DNA from: Elusimicrobiota bacterium
GTDB taxonomy: Bacteria; Elusimicrobiota; Elusimicrobia; Elusimicrobiales; UBA9959
Length of the DNA: 21,389 nt
Assembly: GCA_037137395.1 (NCBI GenBank)
Contig: JBAXKK010000043.1
Coordinates: forward strand, 1 to 21,389
Direction: 5' to 3'
The translations under genes and the position numbers were made by a program. A model generated the notes under the pieces. The model saw only the letters and a program-made list of their open reading frames with translations. It had not been told where the DNA came from and made no database searches. Shown here piece after piece: positions 8,622 to 17,121 of this stretch (the first letter of the stretch is position 1; every line of letters begins with the position of its first letter).

Positions 8622-8687
8622 GGGTGGAGGGGCCAGGGTTTGGGGTACAGGGTGCCGAAACAGCAAACTCCTTAACCTGACCCCTGA
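8620..8687. repeat. G-rich heptamer array with a short complementary C-rich arm between dnaB and alr
   Basis: aagggtg gaggggc cagggtt tggggta cagggtg (8620-8654), then actcctt aacctg acccctg (8667-8686). Confidence 0.7.
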
Positions 8688-8691
8688 TTTT

Positions 8692-9792
8692 ATGTCTAAT
8701 TTCCTGCGGCCCACCTGGGCTGAAATAAAACTCTCAGCGCTTAAAAAAAACCTTCTTAAGATACGTAATACCGTCGGTCCCCGCACGAAAGTGATGTTCG
8801 TGGTCAAGGCGAACGCCTACGGCCACGGGGCGGCCGGTGTCGCGGCTTTCGCAGAACGCGAAAATCTGGTCTGGGGTTTCGGCGTTTCCTCCGTGGAGGA
8901 AGGAGTGGTGCTGCGCGACGCAGGTATAATTTCGCCCATATTGGTGCTGGGAAGCCTTTATCCCTTTGAGAGTTTTGTGGAGGCCATAAATCGGGACCTG
9001 ATGGTGACCATCTCCAGTCTCGAGGCCGCCGATCAGGTGGTAGAGGCCTCGCGCAAGCTGGACAAAAAAGCCGTCTGTCATATCAAACTTGAAACCGGTA
9101 TGGGGCGCATCGGCGCCCGCAGGCCAGCCGTTATAAAGATCTTCGAAACGCTGCGGGATTCCGGAAGCGCGGTGATCGGCGGCCTTTATACCCATCTGGC
9201 GTGCGCCGACTCCGACCCGGAATTTACCGTCAGGCAGTTGGGCTATTTCACCGAGACCGCGACAGAACTCGCGAAGTGCGGCGCGAATGACATGATAAAA
9301 CATGTCGCCAATTCCGCCGGGCTGGCGAATTATCCCGGCAGCCGCTGGGACATGGTGCGCGCGGGGCTGGCGGCTTACGGCATGATGGAAGGCTTTGACC
9401 CCGTGCTCTCCTGGAAGACCAGAGTGGTTTTTATAAAGACCGTCAGAGAAGGCGCGTATATCAGCTACGGCAAATCTTTCAGGGCGCCGCGTCCCATGAC
9501 TGTCGCCACGATACCGGTCGGTTACGGCGACGGGTACACGCGCAGATTCTCAAATACCGCGTCCGTGGTGGTTTCCGGGCGGAAATGCCCCGTGATAGGT
9601 AATGTAACTATGGATATGACCATGGTGGATGTGACGGATGTCGGTGACGCCGCGGTGGGCTCCGAGGTGTCGTTGATAGGGCGTCAGGGAGACGCCGAAG
9701 TTAGCGCGCGGGAATTGGCCGACCTGACCGCCACCATCCCCTACGAGGTCGTGACGCTTATTACCTCCCGCGTGCCCAGGATCTGCCTATGA
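8692..9792 (+). CDS. alr: alanine racemase
   Basis: VVKANAYGHG (PLP lysine), ETGMGRIG, HVANSA, GYGDGY, MDMTMVD; start moved to ATG 8692 (MSNFLRPTWAEI). Confidence 0.97.
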   Translation: MSNFLRPTWAEIKLSALKKNLLKIRNTVGPRTKVMFVVKANAYGHGAAGVAAFAERENLVWGFGVSSVEEGVVLRDAGIISPILVLGSLYPFESFVEAINRDLMVTISSLEAADQVVEASRKLDKKAVCHIKLETGMGRIGARRPAVIKIFETLRDSGSAVIGGLYTHLACADSDPEFTVRQLGYFTETATELAKCGANDMIKHVANSAGLANYPGSRWDMVRAGLAAYGMMEGFDPVLSWKTRVVFIKTVREGAYISYGKSFRAPRPMTVATIPVGYGDGYTRRFSNTASVVVSGRKCPVIGNVTMDMTMVDVTDVGDAAVGSEVSLIGRQGDAEVSARELADLTATIPYEVVTLITSRVPRICL

Positions 9793-10580
9793 AGCACTAT
9801 ATCTTAGAAGGTTTAGGCGACCGCGCGCTTACCCTTGCCCGTAAAATGGGCATGGTTTCCCTGATGATAAAGTCTATGACGATCTGGCTGTTCAAGGCCA
9901 AGCCGGAGGTTCGTGAGATCGTAAAGCAGTCCGTTCGCATCGGCGTGGACTCCCTGGCAGTTACGCTTCTTACCAGTTTTTTCACCGGCATGGTTCTGGC
10001 GCTCCAGATGGGGTATACCTCAAAAAATTTATTTAACGAGCCGCTCTATATAGGCACGATGGTCGCTTTCTCGCTGGTCAAGGAACTGGCGCCGGTCTTA
10101 ACCTCCATAGTTATAGCCGGCCGCGTGGGCGCCGCCGTTACTGCCGAGATAGGCACCATGAAAGTCACCGAACAGATAGACGCCCTTTATACGCTGGGCA
10201 CGAACCCCGCCCGATATCTCCTGATTCCCAGATATGTCGCTTTCATGATCACCATACCGCTGTTGACGGTCTTCGCCGATTTTACCGGCATTTTCGGCGG
10301 ATTCCTGGTCAGCACCATAAAATTCCATGTCCCCAACTCGGTCTATTGGAACGATATCTTTACCTTCATGGAAATTAAGAATTTCATGCACGGGTTCCTG
10401 AAGACCTTCGCTTTCGCTTTTATGATCGCCACTGTTTCCTGCTATAAAGGCCTGACTTGCGAAGAGGGGGCTGAGGGAGTGGGGAAAGCTACTACGGAGG
10501 CCGTGGTGCTCAGCATGGTGCTGGTTATGGTGCTGGACTACTTTATAAGCGCCATGCTGGTGGCGGTAGGAATCATTTAG
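9789..10580 (+). CDS. mlaE: MlaE family ABC transporter permease
   Basis: KELAPVLTSIVIAGRVGAAVTAEIGTMKVTEQIDAL, GAEGVGKATT; ATGA overlap with alr. Confidence 0.95.
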   Translation: MKHYILEGLGDRALTLARKMGMVSLMIKSMTIWLFKAKPEVREIVKQSVRIGVDSLAVTLLTSFFTGMVLALQMGYTSKNLFNEPLYIGTMVAFSLVKELAPVLTSIVIAGRVGAAVTAEIGTMKVTEQIDALYTLGTNPARYLLIPRYVAFMITIPLLTVFADFTGIFGGFLVSTIKFHVPNSVYWNDIFTFMEIKNFMHGFLKTFAFAFMIATVSCYKGLTCEEGAEGVGKATTEAVVLSMVLVMVLDYFISAMLVAVGII

Positions 10581-10581
10581 C

Positions 10582-10683
10582 GCGGCAGAGCGGCAGCAAG
10601 AAAGCGCGGCAGTCTGCGATAAGTGGTTTTAATTATTCCGCTGTCTTACTGTCGTACTGTCCTGCTGCCGAGCTGTCTGGCTG
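10582..10683. repeat. two-armed complementary octamer array between mlaE and mlaF
   Basis: gcggcaga gcggcagc aagaaagc gcggcagt (10582-10613) and gctgtctt actgtcgt actgtcct gctgccga gctgtctg (10640-10679). Confidence 0.8.
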
Positions 10684-10687
10684 AATT

Positions 10688-11470
10688 ATGATTGAAATTA
10701 AAAAAGTCTGCAAAAGCTTTTCCGGAAAAATAGTGCTGGATAACGCCAGCATGGTCATTAATGACGGGGATACTTTCAGCGTCATCGGCCCCTCCGGCTG
10801 CGGAAAGAGCACGCTTTTAAAATGCATCGTGCGGCTTATAAAGCCCGACTCCGGAGATATTCTGGTGGACGGCAAGAATGTCGTGCATATAGAAGATGAA
10901 TTTGAGCTGGCGAAAGTGCGCAAGGATTTTGGCTATCTGTTCCAGGGCGGGGCCCTTTTTGATTCCCTTACCGTCATGGAAAATGTCACCTTCGGGCTGA
11001 AGTATCTGACCGATATCCCTAAGAGCGAATATCCTCGCATAGCCAGGGAAAAGCTCGCTTTGGTGGGGCTTGAAAAAGCGGAGAATCTAAAGCCAGCCGA
11101 GCTTTCCGGCGGCATGAAAAAAAGGGCGGCGCTGGCGCGCGCCATAGCGGCCGAGCCCAAATATATTTTCTATGACGAACCTACTACGGGGCTGGATCCC
11201 ATAACTTCGGATATGATCCTGGAGCTTATAAGCGATATGGCCGCCAAGCTTAAGATCACGTCTATCATTGTGACGCACGATATAAGGCTGGCCTTCGCCA
11301 TCTCAACCCGGATAGCCATGCTGGACAAAGGCAATTTCTCGGTTTCCGGCACCCCTGATGAGCTGCGGAAATCTTCCGACCCGACGGTCAAAAAATTCAC
11401 GGAGGACGCTCTTTGTCCCGGCACCCAGGGGCGCCGCAACGGTCTCAATAGTAAGCACGGCGCAGTATAG
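10688..11470 (+). CDS. mlaF: MlaF/Mkl family ABC transporter ATP-binding protein
   Basis: GPSGCGKST, FQGGALFDSLTV, LSGGMKKR, YDEPTTGLDP, VTHD. Confidence 0.95.
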   Translation: MIEIKKVCKSFSGKIVLDNASMVINDGDTFSVIGPSGCGKSTLLKCIVRLIKPDSGDILVDGKNVVHIEDEFELAKVRKDFGYLFQGGALFDSLTVMENVTFGLKYLTDIPKSEYPRIAREKLALVGLEKAENLKPAELSGGMKKRAALARAIAAEPKYIFYDEPTTGLDPITSDMILELISDMAAKLKITSIIVTHDIRLAFAISTRIAMLDKGNFSVSGTPDELRKSSDPTVKKFTEDALCPGTQGRRNGLNSKHGAV

Positions 11471-11519
11471 GTATTTATGCGGGCCCTTAATTAATTATAA
11501 TATTGAAGCGAGTATATAT

Positions 11520-12818
11520 ATGAAAGATGAAACAAGAGTAGGGATATTCGTTTTAGTCGGCATGGCGCTGTTCGGTACGGCCATTTTCCTGCTGGGAGAT
11601 TATTCTTTTAAAACCTATTACCCCCTGGTGGTGGAGTTTCAGGATGTGGCCGGCCTGCCGGATAAATCCGTGGTTAAGCTTGCCGGCGTGGAAGTCGGCA
11701 AGATCAAGGAAATATATCTTAAGCATGATATGGTGCGTGTCAGGATTTCAGTGCTTGAAGGCGTCAGGATCTATAAAAATTCAAAATTCCTCGTCGGTTC
11801 CACAAGCCTTATAGGTTCCAAATATCTGCAGATAGACCAGGGCGACGCCTCCTCCGGGGTTATAGAGCCCGGCGACGTGGTGCAAGGTTCCAACATTCTC
11901 CCCATAGACCGGGCGATGGCAAAAGCAGTGGAAGACATCCAGGGGCTGGTGGCTGAGCTCCGGGGTGACGGGTCCATGACTAAAAATTTTAACGAGATAC
12001 TTTCCAACCTCAGGGATGTGACCGCCAGCGTAAATGAGATAGTTTCAACATCTGGCCCTCACGCCGAGAGGGCCGCGGAGCGTCTGGACGGCATTACCGC
12101 CAAACTGGACAGCATACTGGCCAGAACCGATGTCTTGATGGCCAGCATAAATAACGGGGATGGCGTGGCCGGCGCGCTGATCTCGGACAAGCAGTTGAAA
12201 GCGGACGTAACCTCAACGCTGAGCAATCTCAGGGACGCCAGCGCCTCGGTTAAAGATATAGCGGGACGCGTGGGCGGATTCAGGACTTATTGGAATTTAG
12301 AGAGCAGGTACGAGCCCCTTGCCAGCGGTTCCAGGAGCAACCTGGGCGTGAAGATCTATCCGCGCGCGGGACGATATTATTATCTGGGCGGATCAAACAT
12401 CATAAACACCAAGGATCAGTCCCGGGGAATTTCTTACGACACGAAGAACACTATAGACGCGCAGTTGGGCTGGGAGATAAAAGGGTTTGACCTGTATGCC
12501 GGCGCCCTTAGCGGCGCGGCCGGCTTCGGCGTTAAATACCGGCCGTTCAACACCGACCCCAAGTGGGACAGATTCCGCTTTCTTTTTGAAGCTTCCGACT
12601 TTTCCAGACGGAGGATGATAAAGGACCGTTTTTTCGACACGCCGCGTTATGACGCTGGCGTGGAGTTTCTCTTAACCAGCTATATTTCCGCCGGAGTGCG
12701 CGTGAACGACCTTCAGAGAACAAAACGGGTCAATTATACGGTTCATGTGATGTTCGAGGATAAGGATATTTCCTATTTGCTGGGTCTGGCGTCATTCGGC
12801 GGCGCCGGTAAGAAGTAA
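11520..12818 (+). CDS. mlaD: long MlaD/MCE protein with a helical stalk and a C-terminal beta-rich (barrel-like) domain
   Basis: N-terminal TM helix (VGIFVLVG), MCE motifs VAGL...VKLAGVEVGKI...LIGSKYLQI, helical heptad region, then amphipathic beta-strand-like C-terminus; start ATG 11520. Confidence 0.9.
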   Translation: MKDETRVGIFVLVGMALFGTAIFLLGDYSFKTYYPLVVEFQDVAGLPDKSVVKLAGVEVGKIKEIYLKHDMVRVRISVLEGVRIYKNSKFLVGSTSLIGSKYLQIDQGDASSGVIEPGDVVQGSNILPIDRAMAKAVEDIQGLVAELRGDGSMTKNFNEILSNLRDVTASVNEIVSTSGPHAERAAERLDGITAKLDSILARTDVLMASINNGDGVAGALISDKQLKADVTSTLSNLRDASASVKDIAGRVGGFRTYWNLESRYEPLASGSRSNLGVKIYPRAGRYYYLGGSNIINTKDQSRGISYDTKNTIDAQLGWEIKGFDLYAGALSGAAGFGVKYRPFNTDPKWDRFRFLFEASDFSRRRMIKDRFFDTPRYDAGVEFLLTSYISAGVRVNDLQRTKRVNYTVHVMFEDKDISYLLGLASFGGAGKK

Positions 12819-12877
12819 ACAGTTAAGGATTTAGTTTTAAAACCCATTACGGCCTAATCCTTAATATTTCAAAACGT

Positions 12878-14326
12878 ATGCCCAGATTGAAAACTATTTA
12901 CCGATGTCAGGAATGCGCCCAGGCTTCTTCCAAATGGATAGGGCAATGCCCGTCCTGTAATCAGTGGAACACTTTTGTCGAGGAAGTCGAAGAGACCTTC
13001 TCCAAAGCGTCGTCCAAGTCCAGAGCCCTCACCGAATTCACCTCCGAGCCGGTCCGCCTTTCCGATTCCGCTAATGTCGAACCACGCTATATGTCAACGG
13101 GCATAGAAGAGTTCGATCGCGCGTTGGGCGGAGGGATAATAGAGGGGCAGGTCCTGCTGCTGGCCGGTCCTCCGGGCATCGGCAAATCCACCATCATGAT
13201 GGAGGTGTCCAAGGCGATGGCCTCCGGCGCGCTGAAAGACACAAAAATACTTTACGTCTCCGGCGAAGAATCGCTGGCGCAGGTGGGTTCAAGGGCGCGC
13301 AGATTGGGCGCCCGGGACGCGAACATTTATCTTCTCTCCGAGAATAATCTGGCCAAGGTTATAGACGCTTTCAACAAAATAAAGCCCGGGCTCCTCATTC
13401 TGGATTCCATTCAGACCGCTTATCACCCGGAGTTTATGGGCAGCCCGGGGTCGGTGGGACAGATACGCGAATGCGCTTCCGAACTCCTGAAGATCGCCAA
13501 ATCCAAAGGGGCGCCGCTGTTCCTGCTTGGCCATGTCACCAAGGAGGGTTCGCTCGCGGGCCCCAAGGTGCTTGAGCATATCGTAGACACCGTGCTTTAT
13601 TTCGACGCGGAAAAAAATAATATTTATCGCATCCTGAGGCCCCACAAAAACAGGTTCGGCCCCGTTAATGAGATAGGAATTTTTGAGATGACCGAGCGCG
13701 GGCTCGTTTCGGTGAAGGATTCAAGCGAGATCATGGCCAACACCGACCGCGGCCGGGCGCTGTCCGGCCGGGCTTATTCCATAGCCTTCGAGGGTTCCAG
13801 GCCCATGCTGGCCGAGATACAGGCGCTGGTCTCCAGGTCCTATTATCCGTACCCGCGCCGCACTGTAACCGGGCTTGATCTTAACCGGGCGCAGATCCTT
13901 ATCGCGGCGGTGGAAAAGAACGCTGGCCTGCGGCTGGACACTATGGATGTTTTCGCCAGCCTGCAGGGCGGCCTAAAGATCAAGGACACGGCTCTGGATC
14001 TGGCTTTCTGCGCGGCCCTTATCAGTTCCGCTAAGGATCTGGAGCTCGCGCCCGACACGATATTTTTGGGCGAAGTCGGCATACTCGCGCAGACCTCGTC
14101 AACCGCTTTTATGGCGCGCCGGCTTATGGAGGCCGAGCGCCTGGGGTTCAAAAAAGCCTATACTCCGCGGGCCGCTCTCAATAAAAAAGAGCCGCTTAAG
14201 CTGAAGGAGTTGGAAGTTGTACCGGTGGCTGATATCGCGGAGCTTTATTCCGCCCTGGCGCGCACGACGGCCAAAAAAATCGCGCCGGGAAATAACACTA
14301 AACTAAATAGAGGTGAAATACAATGA
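12878..14326 (+). CDS. radA: DNA repair protein RadA/Sms
   Basis: C4 zinc finger CQEC...CPSC, GPPGIGKST, GPKVLEHIVD, KNRFG motif. Confidence 0.98.
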   Translation: MPRLKTIYRCQECAQASSKWIGQCPSCNQWNTFVEEVEETFSKASSKSRALTEFTSEPVRLSDSANVEPRYMSTGIEEFDRALGGGIIEGQVLLLAGPPGIGKSTIMMEVSKAMASGALKDTKILYVSGEESLAQVGSRARRLGARDANIYLLSENNLAKVIDAFNKIKPGLLILDSIQTAYHPEFMGSPGSVGQIRECASELLKIAKSKGAPLFLLGHVTKEGSLAGPKVLEHIVDTVLYFDAEKNNIYRILRPHKNRFGPVNEIGIFEMTERGLVSVKDSSEIMANTDRGRALSGRAYSIAFEGSRPMLAEIQALVSRSYYPYPRRTVTGLDLNRAQILIAAVEKNAGLRLDTMDVFASLQGGLKIKDTALDLAFCAALISSAKDLELAPDTIFLGEVGILAQTSSTAFMARRLMEAERLGFKKAYTPRAALNKKEPLKLKELEVVPVADIAELYSALARTTAKKIAPGNNTKLNRGEIQ

Positions 14327-15315
14327 TAGGATGGATCTTCAGGGCGGTCGCCTTGCTGGGCACCCCCGTGCTTACTTACTTCGCTGTTTCACAGGATATT
14401 AAGGGCGTTCTTTTGGGCGTGGCCATCGGTTTGGTCATTATCGGCGTTGAATATGTGCTCGAAAGCGTGAGCCTTTTCTCGATCGTCATCGGTATAATCG
14501 GGGCGGTCATCGGCGTTATCTTATCCAAGTTGCTGGATTATACAGTCTTCCAGATAGACAGCGCGGCCCTTAACGCCGTCTGGGTTAAATACACCGGCGT
14601 GATGCGGTACTCGCTGGCGCTGCTGGGTACGGTGGTAAGCATTAAAAAGATACCCGAGTTGGATGAGCTTGATAAAAATCTTCTGTCGGCCGGCAAGCGT
14701 GGCGGGCGCAATATGAAGATACTGGACCTGTCCGCCATTGTGGATGGCCGTATCATGGATATCTGCGATACTCATTTCATCACAGGCGGTGTGGTTACGC
14801 CGCGCTTCATCGTGCAGGAACTCCACGCCCTGGCCGATTCTAAAGAGCCCATCATGCGCGCTAAAGGGCGCCGGGGCCTGGACATACTGGCCCGGCTGCA
14901 GGAATCAAAAGTCGTGTCGTTCAGGGTCATGGACCGGGATATCAAGGAGATAAAAGAAAACCCGATAAAGCTGGTGAATATCGCCAAAGAGCTGGGAGCC
15001 TGCATCGTTACCACCGACTTCAACATAAACAAGCTGGCCGCTCTTGAGAATGTTATCGCGCTCAATATTCATGACCTGTCCATAGCCCTCAAGCCCGTAG
15101 TTCTGCCCGGAGAGGATATGCCCATCTTCATTATGAAGGAGGGCAAGGAGCGGGAGCAGGGCGTCGGCTATCTGGACGACGGCACGATGATAGTTGTGGA
15201 GGACGGCCGTGAATTTGTAGGCAAAAAAGTGGACGCCGTGGTGCAGTCCATACTCCAGACTTCCCAGGGCCGCATCATCTTTACGCGCGTAAAAAATGTC
15301 AGAGCCGAGCAATAG
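14323..15315 (+). CDS. membrane-anchored PIN/TRAM domain protein (YacL-like)
   Basis: N-terminal TM segments, KILDLSAIVDGRI, GRRGLDIL, TTDFN, GVGYLDDGTMIVVEDG, QTSQGRIIF; radA-yacL-ispD synteny. Confidence 0.92.
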   Translation: MIGWIFRAVALLGTPVLTYFAVSQDIKGVLLGVAIGLVIIGVEYVLESVSLFSIVIGIIGAVIGVILSKLLDYTVFQIDSAALNAVWVKYTGVMRYSLALLGTVVSIKKIPELDELDKNLLSAGKRGGRNMKILDLSAIVDGRIMDICDTHFITGGVVTPRFIVQELHALADSKEPIMRAKGRRGLDILARLQESKVVSFRVMDRDIKEIKENPIKLVNIAKELGACIVTTDFNINKLAALENVIALNIHDLSIALKPVVLPGEDMPIFIMKEGKEREQGVGYLDDGTMIVVEDGREFVGKKVDAVVQSILQTSQGRIIFTRVKNVRAEQ

Positions 15316-15321
15316 GGGACG

Positions 15322-15414
15322 CACCGGTCGTCCGGCAGCCGGTAAGCCATGCGCGGAAATATCAAGGAACTCCTTTAAAGCATGCGGCGTATGGCAAATA
15401 GCCACCGGCATTAG
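15322..15414. repeat. degenerate 7/8-mer arrays between the PIN/TRAM gene and ispDF
   Basis: accggtcg tccggca gccggtaa gccatgc, then period-7 gcatgcg gcgtatg gcaaata gccaccg gcattag (15380-15414). Confidence 0.5.
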
Positions 15415-15429
15415 TTGTCTTGCTTACTT

Positions 15430-16617
15430 ATGAGCGTCAGAGATATAAAGATACCAAAACACAGCGCCGTTATTATTCTGGCCGGGGGGCTGGGTAAGAG
15501 GATGGGGCGGGAAAAACAGTACCTGGAACTGGCCGGCAGACCCATGCTGGAATGGACGGCCGGGGCGTTTGCCGATATCGGCGGATTTGCGGAAATGGTT
15601 GTAGTGCTGACACGGGAAAACATGGCGCTGCATGGCCGGGGCTGGGAAGATCGCGGTTTTAAGACCGCGTTGGCCGGACCCACCAGGATGGCCTCGCTTA
15701 AAAACGGCTTCAAGGCGCTGTCCCCGGCTATAGAGTTGGTGGCGGTACATGACGGCGCGCGGCCGCTGGTCAGCGCGCGGGTTGTGGCCGAAACCCTGAA
15801 AGCGGCAGTGAAAGCCGGCGCCGCGGTGCCGGGCGTGCCTCTTAAGGATACCGTTAAACGGCTTTCCGCCGACGGGCGATTTTTTGATACAACTCTGGAT
15901 CGTTCCAGCCTTATGACGGTTCAGACCCCGCAGTGCTACCGGAAAGAAACGCTTTCACGGGCGCTTACTGCCGCCGGCGCCGGAACGGATTACAGCGACG
16001 AGTCGCAGGTTCTTGAAAAACTCGGGATCAGGCCCGCGGTCGTGCTTTCCGACTACCGCAACATCAAAGTCACCACGCCCGAGGATCTTGTTATAGCAGA
16101 GGCACTTATGAAAGAAAAAACAAATATTAAAGCGGTCGCGCCGCAAATGCGGTTCGGCTTCGGTTACGACATCCATCGGCTGGTGGAAGGCCGCGCCCTC
16201 ATTCTGGGCGGGGTCAGGATAGATCATCCGAAAGGCATGCTCGGGCATTCCGACGGGGATGTGGTGCTTCACGCCATCTGCGACGCCCTGCTCGGCTCGG
16301 TGGCCGCCGGCGAGATAGGTATTTATTTTCCGCCCACCGATCTCACTATTATGGGGCTATCAAGCTCCACGATCGCGGAGAAGGTGACGGAGATCCTTAA
16401 GGAAAAGAAAGTATCGATCGTCAATATTGACGCCACCATACTGGCGGAAGAACCCAAACTTAAATCCCATTACGAGAATATCAGAAAATCCGTGGCGCGC
16501 ATTTTCAGGCTTGATCTGGACCGCGTAAGCATTAAAGCCAAAAGTCGCGAAGGCTTGGGCGATATCGGCCACGGAGAGGCCATCGTCTGCTACGCGGTTG
16601 CCGGAGTGCTGCAATAA
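15430..16617 (+). CDS. ispDF: bifunctional 2-C-methyl-D-erythritol 4-phosphate cytidylyltransferase / 2,4-cyclodiphosphate synthase
   Basis: ILAGGLGKRMG, VHDGARP, QTPQ and NIKVTTPED (IspD) fused to GFGYDIHRL and HSDGDVVLHAICDALLG (IspF); ATG 15430 chosen over TTG 15415. Confidence 0.95.
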   Translation: MSVRDIKIPKHSAVIILAGGLGKRMGREKQYLELAGRPMLEWTAGAFADIGGFAEMVVVLTRENMALHGRGWEDRGFKTALAGPTRMASLKNGFKALSPAIELVAVHDGARPLVSARVVAETLKAAVKAGAAVPGVPLKDTVKRLSADGRFFDTTLDRSSLMTVQTPQCYRKETLSRALTAAGAGTDYSDESQVLEKLGIRPAVVLSDYRNIKVTTPEDLVIAEALMKEKTNIKAVAPQMRFGFGYDIHRLVEGRALILGGVRIDHPKGMLGHSDGDVVLHAICDALLGSVAAGEIGIYFPPTDLTIMGLSSSTIAEKVTEILKEKKVSIVNIDATILAEEPKLKSHYENIRKSVARIFRLDLDRVSIKAKSREGLGDIGHGEAIVCYAVAGVLQ

Positions 16618-16650
16618 AAGGCATCGTGCCCGCCTAGGGTGTAGATTATA

Positions 16651-17037
16651 ATGAAAAAAATATTATGTGTCCCCGCCGCCCTTTTATTTTTTGCGGCCTG
16701 CGTAGGCTCCGGCAGGCCCGGAGCGCCCGTATCCCGTCAGAGCGCAGTGGTGCAGGCCGGCCGGACTTACGCTTTGGGTAAGGTGCCGGACCAGGAGCGC
16801 GAACAGGCGTTTCAGGACCTTCTTGAGGCGGCCCATGCCGCAGCGCTCAAGAAGTATGACGGCGCGGCCGAAATAGGATTTTCCTATTCCCTGGCTCCCA
16901 AAGGCGCGGTGTATACTTTTTCCGAAGTGGAAGTTTCCTGTCTCATAAAAAAAGCCGACGCCTCCAGCGGTAAAAAGCTTTGCTCCGATTTTTTTAAAGC
17001 GGTGGACGGGGGGGTTAAGAACATCAGTAGTAAGTGA
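16651..17037 (+). CDS. hypothetical lipoprotein
   Basis: MKK + hydrophobic stretch + lipobox-like FAAC; fits the gap in the co-directional cluster. Confidence 0.7.
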   Translation: MKKILCVPAALLFFAACVGSGRPGAPVSRQSAVVQAGRTYALGKVPDQEREQAFQDLLEAAHAAALKKYDGAAEIGFSYSLAPKGAVYTFSEVEVSCLIKKADASSGKKLCSDFFKAVDGGVKNISSK

Positions 17038-17102
17038 TAAGTTGTAAGTAATAAGTAGTAAGTGGTAAGTTGAAAAATTCAGCACTTAATTCTTACTGCT
17101 TA
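17024..17102. repeat. two-armed complementary heptamer array (TAAGTNN x6 / NNNCTTA x3)
   Basis: taagtga taagttg taagtaa taagtag taagtgg taagttg (17031-17072); gcactta attctta ctgctta (17082-17102). Confidence 0.9.
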
Positions 17103-17121
17103 ATCCTGTAAGAGGCACACT

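Noticed and set aside
12823..12864. Inverted repeat TTAAGGATT/AATCCTTAA between mlaD and radA as another heptamer array or a terminator
   Set aside because: Only a 9-bp AT-rich stem with a long loop, weak periodicity and no U tail
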